Notes: generated by a model from the letters alone, not told the origin. A stretch of DNA of 64,000 nucleotides from an uncultured Fibrobacteria bacterium (GCA_963716395.1 OY970309.1:911989-975988); one strand, 5' to 3'; numbered from the stretch's first letter, positions 39,919-49,741 are shown. Numbers and translations: made by a program.

Positions 39919-40422
39919 CTAAAGAATCACCGGCGCATCGGGCAATTCGTTGCGCCCGCCGTCCGCATGGGGAAAATGCCGTTCCAACTGCTCCGTCACT
40001 TCCGCGATACCCTGGGCCAACCCCGCTTCGAAACGGCCCTGGCGAAAGGCGGCTTGCATGCGCCCGCAGATTTCCCGCCAGACGGCGGCGCCGACTACGC
40101 GGTGCACACCTCGGTCCGCCACGATCTCGACTTGCCGGTCGGCGAACAGGAGATAGAGCAGCACGCCGTTGTTGGCTTCGGTATCCCAAATCCGAAGCTG
40201 CGAAAAAACTTCCAGGGCGCGCTCGCGGGCGGTCACCCCGCGCCACAACCGCGGCAATTCGAGCGCGGCTTCAAGGGCCAGCCGGACCTGCCCGCTGTGC
40301 CGCTTTTCGCTGGCCGCCGTGGCCTGCGTCAATCGCTGCAAGGCGGCTTTGGGCAGGGCCCGGCGCAAGGCGCGCCGCCCGTGCAATTCGTGTCGCATCC
40401 AACGTGTCACGTTCCAGTCCAT
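39919..40422 (-). CDS. TPM-domain (TLP18.3/Psb32/MOLO-1) protein
   Basis: 167 aa; core GVLLYLLFADRQVEIVADRG as in TPM-domain proteins. Third gene of the LemA-TPM-TPM operon. Confidence 0.55.
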   Translation of the reverse strand: MDWNVTRWMRHELHGRRALRRALPKAALQRLTQATAASEKRHSGQVRLALEAALELPRLWRGVTARERALEVFSQLRIWDTEANNGVLLYLLFADRQVEIVADRGVHRVVGAAVWREICGRMQAAFRQGRFEAGLAQGIAEVTEQLERHFPHADGGRNELPDAPVIL

Positions 40423-40428
40423 AGTAAC

Positions 40429-41328
40429 CTACCAGTTCCCCGAGGCGCCGCCGCCGCCGAAGGAGCCGCCACCGCCGCCGAAGCCCCCGCCGCCCCCGAA
40501 ACCGCCGCCGCCGAAGCCCCCGCCGCCGAAGCCCCCGCCGCCAAAACCACCCGGATAAAAGCCGCCGCCCCCGAACATTCCCCCGCCGCCCATCAGCACG
40601 AACACAAAGGCGCATAAACCCAGCACCACGCTGAGTATCAGCGAACCGAGCACGAACCAGATGGCGAATCCGAGCAGAATGCCGCCCAAGGCGCCGCCGA
40701 AAATGCGGCCGAACAACATGCGCAACACCACGATTCCGGCGATAGCCAAAATCAACAAAGTTTGCAGGGGAAAGCGACCCGGACCGGAAGCGGGGGGTGT
40801 TTTCGGCGGCGGCAGAGGTTCTCCCGAAACCACCTTGCCCACGGCCTGCACCACGGCCTGAATGCCGCCGTAGAAATCGCCCTGCTTGAATTGCGGGGCC
40901 GCAATTTCGTCGATGATGCGGTTGCACAAGGCATCGGGCAAGGCGCCTTCGAGGCCGTAGCCGACTTCGAGACGCATGGCATGATCGTTTTTGGCGATGA
41001 GGAAAAGCACGCCATCGTCGACTTTTTTCCGGCCCAATTTCCAGGCCTCGACCACGCGCAGCGAATATTGCTCAATGGCCTCGGGCTTGGTCGTCGGCAC
41101 GATGAGCACCGCGATTTGGGCGCCCTTGCTTTTTTCCAGGGCGGCCAATTGCGCTTCCAGCGTGCCGATTTGATCGGCGGACAGGGTGCCGGTCTCATCG
41201 GTAACCCGTGCGCTTAGCGGAGGGATGGGTTGCAGGTCGATGGCCCGCACCGGTGTCGCCACCAGGCCCAGCAATCCGAGCGCGCCGACGCAGGCCAGCG
41301 TCACGCGCCGGTTACGCCGGTTAATCAT
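40429..41328 (-). CDS. TPM-domain protein (YgcG-like) with C-terminal TM segment and Gly/Phe-rich tail
   Basis: Signal peptide; VLFLIAKNDHAMRLEVGYGLEGALPD TPM core; TM segment; (GGGGF)n tail. Confidence 0.7.
   Translation of the reverse strand: MINRRNRRVTLACVGALGLLGLVATPVRAIDLQPIPPLSARVTDETGTLSADQIGTLEAQLAALEKSKGAQIAVLIVPTTKPEAIEQYSLRVVEAWKLGRKKVDDGVLFLIAKNDHAMRLEVGYGLEGALPDALCNRIIDEIAAPQFKQGDFYGGIQAVVQAVGKVVSGEPLPPPKTPPASGPGRFPLQTLLILAIAGIVVLRMLFGRIFGGALGGILLGFAIWFVLGSLILSVVLGLCAFVFVLMGGGGMFGGGGFYPGGFGGGGFGGGGFGGGGFGGGGGFGGGGGSFGGGGASGNW
40445..40555. repeat. Imperfect ~15-bp tandem DNA repeat encoding the (GGGGF)n tail
   Basis: Reiterated gccgccgccgaagcccccgcc units. Confidence 0.6.
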
Positions 41329-41977
41329 GGGCCGGGGATGCGGGCGCGGCGGCCGGGGGCGTGTCGAAATCAACCTTGGGCGCGGTGGAAATCGCGGCTT
41401 CGTTCTCCACCGAAAAATTGGCCTTGGGGGTGTAATGGAACCACTTGGCCGTCAGGTTCGAGGGAAAAGAGCGCACCAGAATGTTGTACTGTTTCACGGC
41501 ATCGATATAGCGGCCGCGCGCCACGGTGATGCGGTTCTCGGTACCTTCAAGTTGGGCCTGCAAATCGCGGAACAAGCCGTCGGCCTTGAGCTGCGGGTAA
41601 TTCTCCGACACGGCCATGAGGCGCGACAACGCGCCGGTCATCTGGCTCTGCGCCGCCATGAACTTCGCGAAAGCGGCCTTGTCGTTGATGAGCGCCGGCG
41701 TGGCCTGAATCGAACCCACCCGCGCGCGGGCTTCGGCAACCTCGGAGAACACCTTCTCTTCGTGGGCTGCGTAGCCCTTGACCACCCGCACCAGGTTGGG
41801 CACCAAATCGGCGCGTCGCTGGTATTGGTTCACCACTTCGGACCATTGCGCCTTGACCTGCTCATCGAGCTGTTGAAAGCGGTTATAGCCGCAGCCGGCC
41901 AGGCCCAGCGCCAAGAGGCCGAACACGAAGGCGCGCCAGCGGCGCGGGAAGGAAGGGGAAATGGAAAAATTGTTCAT
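41321..41977 (-). CDS. lemA: LemA-family protein
   Basis: Start MNNFSISPSFPRRWRAFVFGLLALGLAGCGYNRFQQLDEQVKAQWSEV at ~41977 — the LemA signature. Confidence 0.8.
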   Translation of the reverse strand: MNNFSISPSFPRRWRAFVFGLLALGLAGCGYNRFQQLDEQVKAQWSEVVNQYQRRADLVPNLVRVVKGYAAHEEKVFSEVAEARARVGSIQATPALINDKAAFAKFMAAQSQMTGALSRLMAVSENYPQLKADGLFRDLQAQLEGTENRITVARGRYIDAVKQYNILVRSFPSNLTAKWFHYTPKANFSVENEAAISTAPKVDFDTPPAAAPASPAHD

Positions 41978-42075
41978 GAGGACTCTCCCGGAATGCGTTC
42001 CGAAAAAGATACCCAACGCGTCGCCTCGTCGGCGTTTCTAATTTTTTTCCGGTTCCACTGCCCTCCGGGAAAACC

Positions 42076-42978
42076 GTGCACGCCTTTCTTCAGCAAATCA
42101 TCAACGGCATTTCCCTGGGCAGCATCTACGCTTTGCTGGCCTTGGGATATACCATGGTCTACGGCGTATTGCGCCTGATCAATTTCGCGCACGGCGACAT
42201 CTATATGGTCGGCGCCTTCGTCGGATATTACACCAGCCGCGTTTTGCACGGGCGGCTGCCCGGCGGGCATTGGAGCGAAACCGCGGTGGTCCTGGCCATA
42301 TCCATGCTGAGTTGCGCGGTGCTGGGCATGCTCATTGAACGCTTCGCCTACCGGCCGGTGCGCAACGCCCCGCGTCTTACCGCCCTCATCATCGCCATCG
42401 GCGTTTCGCTCTTCCTGGAAAACCTGGGGCAACTCGTGTTCGGCGCCGATCCCAAATTCTTTCCCCAAATCATTCCCGCGCGGCCCATCGCCCTGGGTGG
42501 GTTGTCGCTCAGCAACCAGCAGGTCATCGTGCTGGCTGTGGCGCTGGCAATGATGGCGGGCCTCAGCGTTTTCGTGTACTACACCAGAACCGGCAAGGCC
42601 ATGCGCGCCGTCTCGTTCAACCTTGAAGCCGCCAAACTCATGGGCATTGATACCGACGGCGTGATTCGCCTCACCTTCGCCGTGGGATCGGCCCTGGCCG
42701 CGGCCGCGGGCATTCTGGTGTCGCTGAACCAGCCGGGCATCGATCCGCTCATGGGGGTGCTCACCGGCATCAAGGCCTTCGTGGCCGCCGTGCTGGGCGG
42801 CATCGGCAACATCGTAGGCGCGGTGCTGGGCGGGTTGATTCTCGGCCTGGCCGAAACCCTGGTCGCGGGATACGGGTCGTCGACCTACCGCGACGCCATT
42901 GCCTTTCTCATTCTTATCGCCATCCTGCTGTTCAAGCCCGAAGGCCTGCTCGGCAAGGGAACTGTTGAGAAGGTGTGA
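42076..42978 (+). CDS. livH: Branched-chain amino-acid ABC transporter permease LivH
   Basis: 300 aa; LSLGSIYALLALGYTMVYGVLRLINFAHGD. Confidence 0.9.
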   Translation: MHAFLQQIINGISLGSIYALLALGYTMVYGVLRLINFAHGDIYMVGAFVGYYTSRVLHGRLPGGHWSETAVVLAISMLSCAVLGMLIERFAYRPVRNAPRLTALIIAIGVSLFLENLGQLVFGADPKFFPQIIPARPIALGGLSLSNQQVIVLAVALAMMAGLSVFVYYTRTGKAMRAVSFNLEAAKLMGIDTDGVIRLTFAVGSALAAAAGILVSLNQPGIDPLMGVLTGIKAFVAAVLGGIGNIVGAVLGGLILGLAETLVAGYGSSTYRDAIAFLILIAILLFKPEGLLGKGTVEKV

Positions 42979-43044
42979 TTGATAGAAAATGAAAATTTCC
43001 AAGCGCGAAGTTCAAATTGAATTCGAGGGTGCACGGTTACCCGA

Positions 43045-44112
43045 ATGCAAACGCATCTCCAATTCGCTTGGCAAAATTTGTATCGGGCGCTTTGCACGTT
43101 GCAAATTGCCTTGCGCCCCCCGACAGGGTCGCTTGTGAAGCGCTGGCTGTGGATACTCGGCACCATCGCCGGCTTGGCTTTGTTCAGCCGCGGCGTGGAC
43201 GCATTTCTGCTGACAGGCCCGATTCGCGAAGGTCCCTACTTTTACCAGATTCTGATGCTGGCCGGTATCAACATCATGCTGGCGGTGTCGCTGAACCTCA
43301 TCAACGGCGTCGCCGGGCAGTTCTCCATCGGCCATGCCGGCTTTTTCGCGGTGGGGGCCTATAGCGCGGCCTGCGTCTCCGTATACGGCGGTCCCGGCCT
43401 GCACGCCTTGATCGGGGCCGCGCCCCAATGGGTGCAGCCGGCCCTGATTCTGCTTCCGGCCTTGGCGGTCGGCGCCGGGGCGGCGGCCGCGGCGGGATTA
43501 CTGGTCGGCATTCCCTCGCTGCGCCTGCGCGGGGATTACCTGGCCATCGTCACTTTGGGGTTCGGCGAAATCATCCGCGTGCTCATCCTCAACATCAATG
43601 CGGTGGGCGGCGCGCGCGGATTCAGCGGCATTCCCAAACTCAGCAATTTCTTCTGGGTGTACGCCGGGGTTTTGGCGGTCATCGTGGTCTCGCGCAACCT
43701 GGTGCGCTCGGGATTCGGCCGCGCCCTGCTTTCCATCCGCGAAGACGAAATCGCCGCCGAAGCGGTGGGGGTGCCTGTGACCCGCTACAAGGTGATGGCC
43801 TTCGTGCTCTCCGCGGCCTTTGCGGGATTGGCCGGTGGGTTGTTCGGCCATTTCACCATGTACCTGCACACCAATTCCTTTACCTTCGTGAAAAGCTTCG
43901 AGATCATCATCATGATCGCGCTCGGCGGCCTGGGCAGTTTGCCCGGCGCCGTATTGGGTGCGATCGTGGTCACGGTTATGCCCGAAGCCTTTCGGGGATT
44001 CGCGCAGTACCGCATGGTGGTGTACGCGCTGGCGCTCATCCTCATCATGATTTACCGCCCCCAGGGACTGCTCGGCACCGCCGGCTTGCTGGGCCGCAAA
44101 CGCGATTCCTGA
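43045..44112 (+). CDS. livM: Branched-chain amino-acid ABC transporter permease LivM
   Basis: 355 aa; GHAGFFAVGAYSAA..., LRGDYLAIVTLGFGEI. The exact start is uncertain. Confidence 0.85.
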   Translation: MQTHLQFAWQNLYRALCTLQIALRPPTGSLVKRWLWILGTIAGLALFSRGVDAFLLTGPIREGPYFYQILMLAGINIMLAVSLNLINGVAGQFSIGHAGFFAVGAYSAACVSVYGGPGLHALIGAAPQWVQPALILLPALAVGAGAAAAAGLLVGIPSLRLRGDYLAIVTLGFGEIIRVLILNINAVGGARGFSGIPKLSNFFWVYAGVLAVIVVSRNLVRSGFGRALLSIREDEIAAEAVGVPVTRYKVMAFVLSAAFAGLAGGLFGHFTMYLHTNSFTFVKSFEIIIMIALGGLGSLPGAVLGAIVVTVMPEAFRGFAQYRMVVYALALILIMIYRPQGLLGTAGLLGRKRDS

Positions 44113-44873
44113 TGGCCCTGTTGCGCCTCGACCGCGTGACGCGCCGCTTCGGCGGCCTGACGGCCGTGCAGAACGTTTCGTTCGCCATCGCGCCGGGACA
44201 GTTGTTCGGGCTCATCGGTCCCAACGGCGCGGGTAAAACCACCCTGTTCAACCTGGTGTCCGGCGTATACGCCCCCAACTCGGGTTCCATCGCGTTGGAA
44301 ACGCGCTCCATCGGGGGGCTGCCGCCGCATCGCATCGCCGGTTTCGGCGTGGCCCGCACCTTTCAGAACATCCGCCTCTTCAGCGGCTTGAGCGCGCTCG
44401 ACAACGTCAAGGTGGCCTGCCATCTGCGCGCGCATCCCTCGCTATGGGCTGCCTTGGGGCGCACCGCCGGCTTTACGCGCAGCGAACGCGACACCGAGGA
44501 CTTCTGCCGGCATCTGCTGGAGCTGCTCCAGCTCGCAACCTATGCCGGCGAGGAGGCGCGCCATCTGCCCTACGGCCATCAACGGCGTCTCGAAATCGCG
44601 CGCGCCCTGGCCACCCGGCCCAAACTGCTGCTGCTCGACGAGCCCGCGGCCGGCATGAACCCGCAGGAGTCGCAGGACCTCATGCAATTGATCCGCCGGC
44701 TGCGCGACGAATTCCACCTGACCATTCTGTTGGTGGAGCACAACATGAAGGTGGTCATGGGCGTCTGCGAACGCGTACACGTCATGGAATACGGCCAAAG
44801 CATCGCCGAAGGCACGCCCGAGGAAATCCGCCGCGATCCCAAGGTGGTGCGCGCTTATCTGGGGGAAGAGTGA
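44112..44873 (+). CDS. livG: Branched-chain amino-acid ABC transporter ATPase LivG
   Basis: Start MALLRLDRVTRRFGG... with TGATG overlap on the livM stop. Walker A GPNGAGKTT; signature LPYGHQRRLEIARAL. The ORF-track start at 43428 is a shadow. Confidence 0.9.
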   Translation: MALLRLDRVTRRFGGLTAVQNVSFAIAPGQLFGLIGPNGAGKTTLFNLVSGVYAPNSGSIALETRSIGGLPPHRIAGFGVARTFQNIRLFSGLSALDNVKVACHLRAHPSLWAALGRTAGFTRSERDTEDFCRHLLELLQLATYAGEEARHLPYGHQRRLEIARALATRPKLLLLDEPAAGMNPQESQDLMQLIRRLRDEFHLTILLVEHNMKVVMGVCERVHVMEYGQSIAEGTPEEIRRDPKVVRAYLGEE

Positions 44874-45056
44874 CGCCGATGCCATGGCAAAATTCAAAGT
44901 GCCGTTCGGGAAAAGCCGCGATCCCTTCGGCCGGGCGAATCGGTTGTGTGGCTCCAGCCTTACCCCCCTGTTGGCGCGCAATTATTACATGTGATTACCG
45001 TATCCAAATTTTACAATTTAAATTTCACGCTTTGCCGTTGGCTGTTTGATTTCCGG

Positions 45057-45770
45057 ATGTCCCACCTGCTCGATCTCCGCCGCGTCTCCTGCCGTTACGG
45101 CGCCGTGCAAGCACTGCGCGGCGTGCATCTCAAAGTCGACGCCGGCGAAATGGTGACCCTCATCGGCGCCAACGGCGCGGGCAAAAGCACCACGCTGAAA
45201 TCCATCGTCGGCTTGGTCCGCCCCGAAGCCGGTGAAATCCTGTTCGAAGGCCGTTCGCTGCTGAAAATTCCCACCCATCGCATCGTCGGCCTGGGCATCG
45301 CATTGGTGCCTGAAGGCCGCGCAGTGTTCGCCAATCTCACGGTGCGCGAAAATCTGGAACTGGGCGGTTACCTGCGCCGCGCCGCTGAAAACCGCAGCAG
45401 CCTGGAACGCACCTTCGCCTTGTTTCCCCGCCTGCAAGAAAGAATCCGCCAGGTGGCGGGAACGTTGAGCGGCGGCGAGCAGCAAATGCTGGCTATCGGG
45501 CGCGCGCTGATGGCCAAGCCGCGTCTGCTGTTGCTCGACGAACCGTCGCTGGGCATTGCGCCGATCTTGGTGAAGTCCATCTATCAGGGTATCGACGCCA
45601 TCAACCGCGAAGGCACCACCGTGCTGGTGGTGGAGCAGAACGCGCATCTGGCGCTGCGCCACAGCCATCGCGCCTATGTACTGGAATCCGGAAGCATGGT
45701 GATGGAAGGGACGTCGGGCGATTTAGCCCGGGATTCCCGCGTGCAAGAAGCCTATCTCGGCGAACGCTGA
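45057..45770 (+). CDS. livF: Branched-chain amino-acid ABC transporter ATPase LivF
   Basis: Start MSHLLDLRRVSCRYG at ~45057; Walker A GANGAGKST; LSGGEQQML. Confidence 0.9.
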   Translation: MSHLLDLRRVSCRYGAVQALRGVHLKVDAGEMVTLIGANGAGKSTTLKSIVGLVRPEAGEILFEGRSLLKIPTHRIVGLGIALVPEGRAVFANLTVRENLELGGYLRRAAENRSSLERTFALFPRLQERIRQVAGTLSGGEQQMLAIGRALMAKPRLLLLDEPSLGIAPILVKSIYQGIDAINREGTTVLVVEQNAHLALRHSHRAYVLESGSMVMEGTSGDLARDSRVQEAYLGER

Positions 45771-45787
45771 AGAGGCCGGAAACGCCC

Positions 45788-46168
45788 CTATTTGTATTTC
45801 GGCAGCCAGGCGAAGAGGAAACCGCTTTCGAACCAGACATGAATGTCTTCGGCGCGGATGGCTCCCGGCAGGCGGAAGGTTTTGTGAAAGCCGGCCGGGT
45901 GCGCACCGCGGCAACAGCCGGACAATTCCAGCAAGCCGTGGCGAAAGGCGATGCGCACGTCTTCGCGGCCGCAGTCGGGCATTTCGGCCAGCAGCAAAAA
46001 GCCGTCTTCGTCGTTCAACACCTTGGCCGGCGGAAACAATTCGTTTTCCGCTTCAGAAATGTCCGGCATTTCGTACAGAGTCGTCCGACCCCATCCCGCG
46101 TGGCGCCAATCATCGAATTCATCCATCCCTTTGCGCATCGGCTCCTCCATGTGTGATGTTTGAAACAT
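45788..46168 (-). CDS. Hsp20/alpha-crystallin family small heat-shock protein
   Basis: 126 aa; ...DEDGFLLLAEMPDCGREDVRIAFRHGLLELSG... alpha-crystallin domain pattern. Confidence 0.7.
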   Translation of the reverse strand: MFQTSHMEEPMRKGMDEFDDWRHAGWGRTTLYEMPDISEAENELFPPAKVLNDEDGFLLLAEMPDCGREDVRIAFRHGLLELSGCCRGAHPAGFHKTFRLPGAIRAEDIHVWFESGFLFAWLPKYK

Positions 46169-46350
46169 TTATGTTACAGACTTTCAGAACCCGGCAGATT
46201 TTTGGGTTCTTTCAAACTATCAAGACCGAATGGCGCGGAGGCGGGTTTGCCGCGATGGCGGGGAGCGTGAAACGATTTGTTACCCGGTCTCAACAATTCG
46301 AATCAAACCGGACACCCGCAAAGGTGGTGCCATGACTCGAACAAAACCGG

Positions 46351-46878
46351 TCAGATCTTGACCGCATTCCGGGCCGAAACGCGGCGCCGGGAAGGAGAAG
46401 GGCGGCTCACGACCGAGAGGCGGTATTCTTTCGCCGCCTCGACTAAAGCCCGTTTCATGCGGAGCAAAACCCCGGAAAAATGCGCGGCAATCCCCGTCGG
46501 CAACCCGCGCAGCGCCCGCTGATTTAATTCGGCGATGGCCCGATGAATTTTGGGCAGCGCCCTATCAGCCTTGGGCGTCAAGACAATTAAATGCTTGCGA
46601 CGATCGGTACGGCTGGGACGGCGGCGAATGAATCCGGCCGCGGCCAAGTAATCCAAAATTCCCACCATGGAAACCTTATCGATTTCCAGCAGGTTCGCCA
46701 GTTCCTGCTGCGTCAACTTTCCGCCGTGTTCCGCAATCACCGCCAGCAGGAAATAGTGCCGGCGAATGCCCAGGCCCTGCAAGCGTGCAGCCAACGCTTC
46801 CATATATTGTTTGGAAACCTTGTTCAGCTGCAACCACAGCGGCAACTCTTTGGAAACACCGGGCGGTTTGGATTTCAT
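46351..46878 (-). CDS. MarR-family transcriptional regulator
   Basis: wHTH (…LTQQELANLLEIDKVSMVGILDYLAAAGFIRRRPSRTDRRKHLIVLT…). Probable start MKSKPP at ~46878. Confidence 0.8.
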   Translation of the reverse strand: MKSKPPGVSKELPLWLQLNKVSKQYMEALAARLQGLGIRRHYFLLAVIAEHGGKLTQQELANLLEIDKVSMVGILDYLAAAGFIRRRPSRTDRRKHLIVLTPKADRALPKIHRAIAELNQRALRGLPTGIAAHFSGVLLRMKRALVEAAKEYRLSVVSRPSPSRRRVSARNAVKI

Positions 46879-46994
46879 GGCTTGCCAACGTAACAACACA
46901 CCCTCTTTTCGAGGAATTTCCAAGTCCATTTATTTGGATTTGACCTGATTTTTAACATCCGCGCGCCCTTGACTTTCCGCGGGCGCTTCAGTAG

Positions 46995-47025
46995 GTTAAT
47001 AAGTGTAATAGTTATCATAATTAAC
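46995..47025. promoter_or_regulatory. AT-rich inverted repeat GTTAAT-N19-ATTAAC in the divergent MarR/lipoprotein promoter (candidate MarR operator)
   Basis: Inverted repeat directly read. Contains ATTAACTAA, which is shared with the site at 49742-49760. Ends 5 nt before the lipoprotein ATG. Confidence 0.45.
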
Positions 47026-47029
47026 TAAT

Positions 47030-47776
47030 ATGAAAAAAACCGCTGCCGCGCCGGGGAAAACCAGAAAGAGGGGCCACGCGGTGTCCCATTTCGCGGGGCC
47101 GTTGCTGGCCGCCGCCTTGCTTTCATTAGGAACGGGCTGTTCCCAGGGCAGATTGGGAATGACTCCGCATAACGGAAACCAGCGATTGGATGTTCTGACC
47201 TCCTTCACTCTCGCGGTTTCCCGGCGGGATTTCAAATCAGCAGTCAATCTCATGAGCCCTGGCGAACAGACCCGGTTCCTGGATCAAAACGGAAATTTCA
47301 AACCCGAATACGCCTCCCGCCTAGAAGCCCTGCAACTAGACGATATGGATCACAACCCCGATGTCGTGGTGAAAGACGGAAAGATCAGCGGAATTGGCTC
47401 CATGCTGCCCGTGGCTCTGGAAGGCCCGCCCATTACGCCGCAAGAGGTCAAGACCAGCGAAGCGGCCGCGTCCGCCGACAGCTTCGTCACCGCCGGACCC
47501 GCCAGGGTGCAAAAATCGGATCAACTGCACCGCACCGCCGAAGAGTTCTTCCGGTCCATCCACGACAAGAATTGGGAGCGCGCCCTGAGCTATGTCGACC
47601 CCGAAGAGCGCAAGGATTTTCTTGATACCAAAGGCGAAGTCAAAAGCGATGCCAAGCAAAGGCTGGGGCAGGTGGATACGAGTTCCTGGAGTTCACTGTC
47701 CTTACGTGACGGCAAATTGACCGGCATAGTTCTCATCATTCCGCCGCCCCCTCCGCCTCCCAGCGATTCCCCGTAG
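47030..47776 (+). CDS. Lipoprotein with internal duplicated ~40-aa module and poly-Pro C-terminus
   Basis: Lipobox LSLGTGCS. Two similar modules (…RRDFKSAVNLMSPGEQTRFLDQNGNFKPEYASRL… and …KNWERALSYVDPEERKDFLDTKGEVKSDAKQRL…). Tail PPPPPPPSDSP. Confidence 0.55.
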   Translation: MKKTAAAPGKTRKRGHAVSHFAGPLLAAALLSLGTGCSQGRLGMTPHNGNQRLDVLTSFTLAVSRRDFKSAVNLMSPGEQTRFLDQNGNFKPEYASRLEALQLDDMDHNPDVVVKDGKISGIGSMLPVALEGPPITPQEVKTSEAAASADSFVTAGPARVQKSDQLHRTAEEFFRSIHDKNWERALSYVDPEERKDFLDTKGEVKSDAKQRLGQVDTSSWSSLSLRDGKLTGIVLIIPPPPPPPSDSP

Positions 47777-47959
47777 GGAAACGTGAAAGTTTTCTAATCT
47801 CCGGGATACCGGGTTTTTCCTGCGTTGGCAAATTGGAAGGTGGGCAACGCCGACGGCGCGTTGCTGAAATTTGTATGGGCCTTCTTAAGGGTGCCTCTAA
47901 TAATCCGTCCGCCGGAGGTCCGCCTTTGGGGGGTGAGAATGCGATTTTTAGAGGTACCC

Positions 47960-49726
47960 TTACGCCGCCCGGGCGACGCCCTGGGTACGGCGGTCATAGG
48001 CCGCCATGATATCGTGCAAGCGAATCATCCCCACGATTTCCCCCGCTGTCACCACGGGAAGCTGGGTCGCCCCGGATTTCAGGAACAGCGAAAGGGCCTG
48101 GTGCAAATCCATGTCCGGGTTCAGGGTAAAAGCTTCGGTCATCAAATCTCCGACCAGAATCAAATCCTGGGCGGCCGATTCGGTGGCCGTGAGATGCAAT
48201 GAGGCCATGGACACCAATCCGGCGATCTGGCCTTCCTTGCCCATGACTGGAAAGACATCTTGTTCGGCATAGCGCGCTTTGGCATAAGCTTCGTTGGATT
48301 TGGCGTCGGCGGGCAGCACGACGATTTCACCGCGGGGTTGCATGATTTCCCGCACCACCACGCGCTTGAGCACGTCGACGCGCAGGGCATGTTCATGCAC
48401 GGGCGAGGAAAATTTGTTCTGGCGTTGCCCGTCGTAAATCGACCAGTTGCGCGCCAAGGGAATATGAATAGTGGTGGCGATGAGCAGCGGCGGCAACAAC
48501 CCATAATTGCCGGTGATCTCGCATACCATGATGAGGCCGGCCAGCGGAGCTTTGGCCGCGCCTGCGAAAAACGCCCCCATTCCCACCAGCACATAGGATC
48601 CGGGATTGGCGACCAGCGCAGGATCCAAAGCATGCAGACCGAAGCCCACGGCGCCGCCCAGTATGCCGCCGATGAAAAGCGAAGGACCGAAAAGGCCGCC
48701 GGAGCCTCCCGACCCCATGGTAAACGAGGTCGTGCCGATTTTCGCCACCACGATGAAAAGCAACAGGCCGAAACCGATGGAACCGGTGACCGCCTGCCTC
48801 AAACATTCGTAGTTGTTGCCCACCGCTTGCGGGCACAAATAGGAAATAAGACCCACCGCCAACCCACCTAGGGCTGGTTTGTAATAGGCCTTGATCTTCA
48901 AGTTCGTGAAATAGGTCCGGATTCCGCGATAGCTTTTCACATAAGCCCAGGAAACCGGAACGCAAATCAAACCCAGCAGGGCATAGTTGAACAGCTCGGC
49001 CACATGCGTGAAGGGGTACACCGACAAGGGCAAAGAGGGTTTAGTCTGGTGGGTGATCAGGGAAAAGCAGCTGAAGGCGATTACCGACGCCACGACAAAA
49101 GGCAAGAACCCTTCGGATTCGAAGTCTTCCTTGTAAACGATTTCGGCGGCCGTCAAGGCGCCTCCCAAGGGGGCGTGAAAAATGGCTCCCAGCCCGGCCG
49201 CCGTGCCGGTGAGCAGCAGGATGCGCCGGTGCCGATCCGGCAGTCCCAGCAAGGTACCGATGGTCGAACCTAATCCCCCGCCGACCTGGGCGATGGGCCC
49301 CTCGTAACCCGAACTTCCGCCCGAGCCGATCGTAAGTAGAGATGCCACGAATTTCACGATGGCGTCGCGCAAAGTGATTTTGCCGCCGCGGTTGTGAAAG
49401 GCGTCGATGAGGGCGTCGGTGCCAACGCCGGCGGCGTTGGGGGCGAAGTTGTATACCAGGAGTCCGCACAGGAGCCCCCCGACCGCCGGCACCAGAAAGA
49501 ATAGATACCGGGGCAACATCGCGGCCGCGGTATGTAACGGGAACCCCGCAAAGCGGTTGAGAAGTAAATTTTGCAGGTGGTCGAGGGAAATTTTGAAAAT
49601 GGCCGCGGTCACGCCGCCTAGAACTCCCAGCACCACCGCGAAACCGAGCATGCCGCCGGTGCGGTGCCAGTATCTTTGGAAGAGCAGGAAGCGGAACCGA
49701 TCGAGGGAAAAAAACCGCACCTTCAT
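47960..49726 (-). CDS. ClC-family chloride channel / H+-Cl- antiporter with C-terminal CBS domains
   Basis: ClC motifs GSGGSSGYEGP, GKEGP-like and GSGGLFGPSLF. The C-terminal ~150 aa has a CBS-pair pattern. Probable start MKVRFF at ~49726. Confidence 0.85.
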   Translation of the reverse strand: MKVRFFSLDRFRFLLFQRYWHRTGGMLGFAVVLGVLGGVTAAIFKISLDHLQNLLLNRFAGFPLHTAAAMLPRYLFFLVPAVGGLLCGLLVYNFAPNAAGVGTDALIDAFHNRGGKITLRDAIVKFVASLLTIGSGGSSGYEGPIAQVGGGLGSTIGTLLGLPDRHRRILLLTGTAAGLGAIFHAPLGGALTAAEIVYKEDFESEGFLPFVVASVIAFSCFSLITHQTKPSLPLSVYPFTHVAELFNYALLGLICVPVSWAYVKSYRGIRTYFTNLKIKAYYKPALGGLAVGLISYLCPQAVGNNYECLRQAVTGSIGFGLLLFIVVAKIGTTSFTMGSGGSGGLFGPSLFIGGILGGAVGFGLHALDPALVANPGSYVLVGMGAFFAGAAKAPLAGLIMVCEITGNYGLLPPLLIATTIHIPLARNWSIYDGQRQNKFSSPVHEHALRVDVLKRVVVREIMQPRGEIVVLPADAKSNEAYAKARYAEQDVFPVMGKEGQIAGLVSMASLHLTATESAAQDLILVGDLMTEAFTLNPDMDLHQALSLFLKSGATQLPVVTAGEIVGMIRLHDIMAAYDRRTQGVARAA

Positions 49727-49741
49727 AGGCTTGCGACCATT

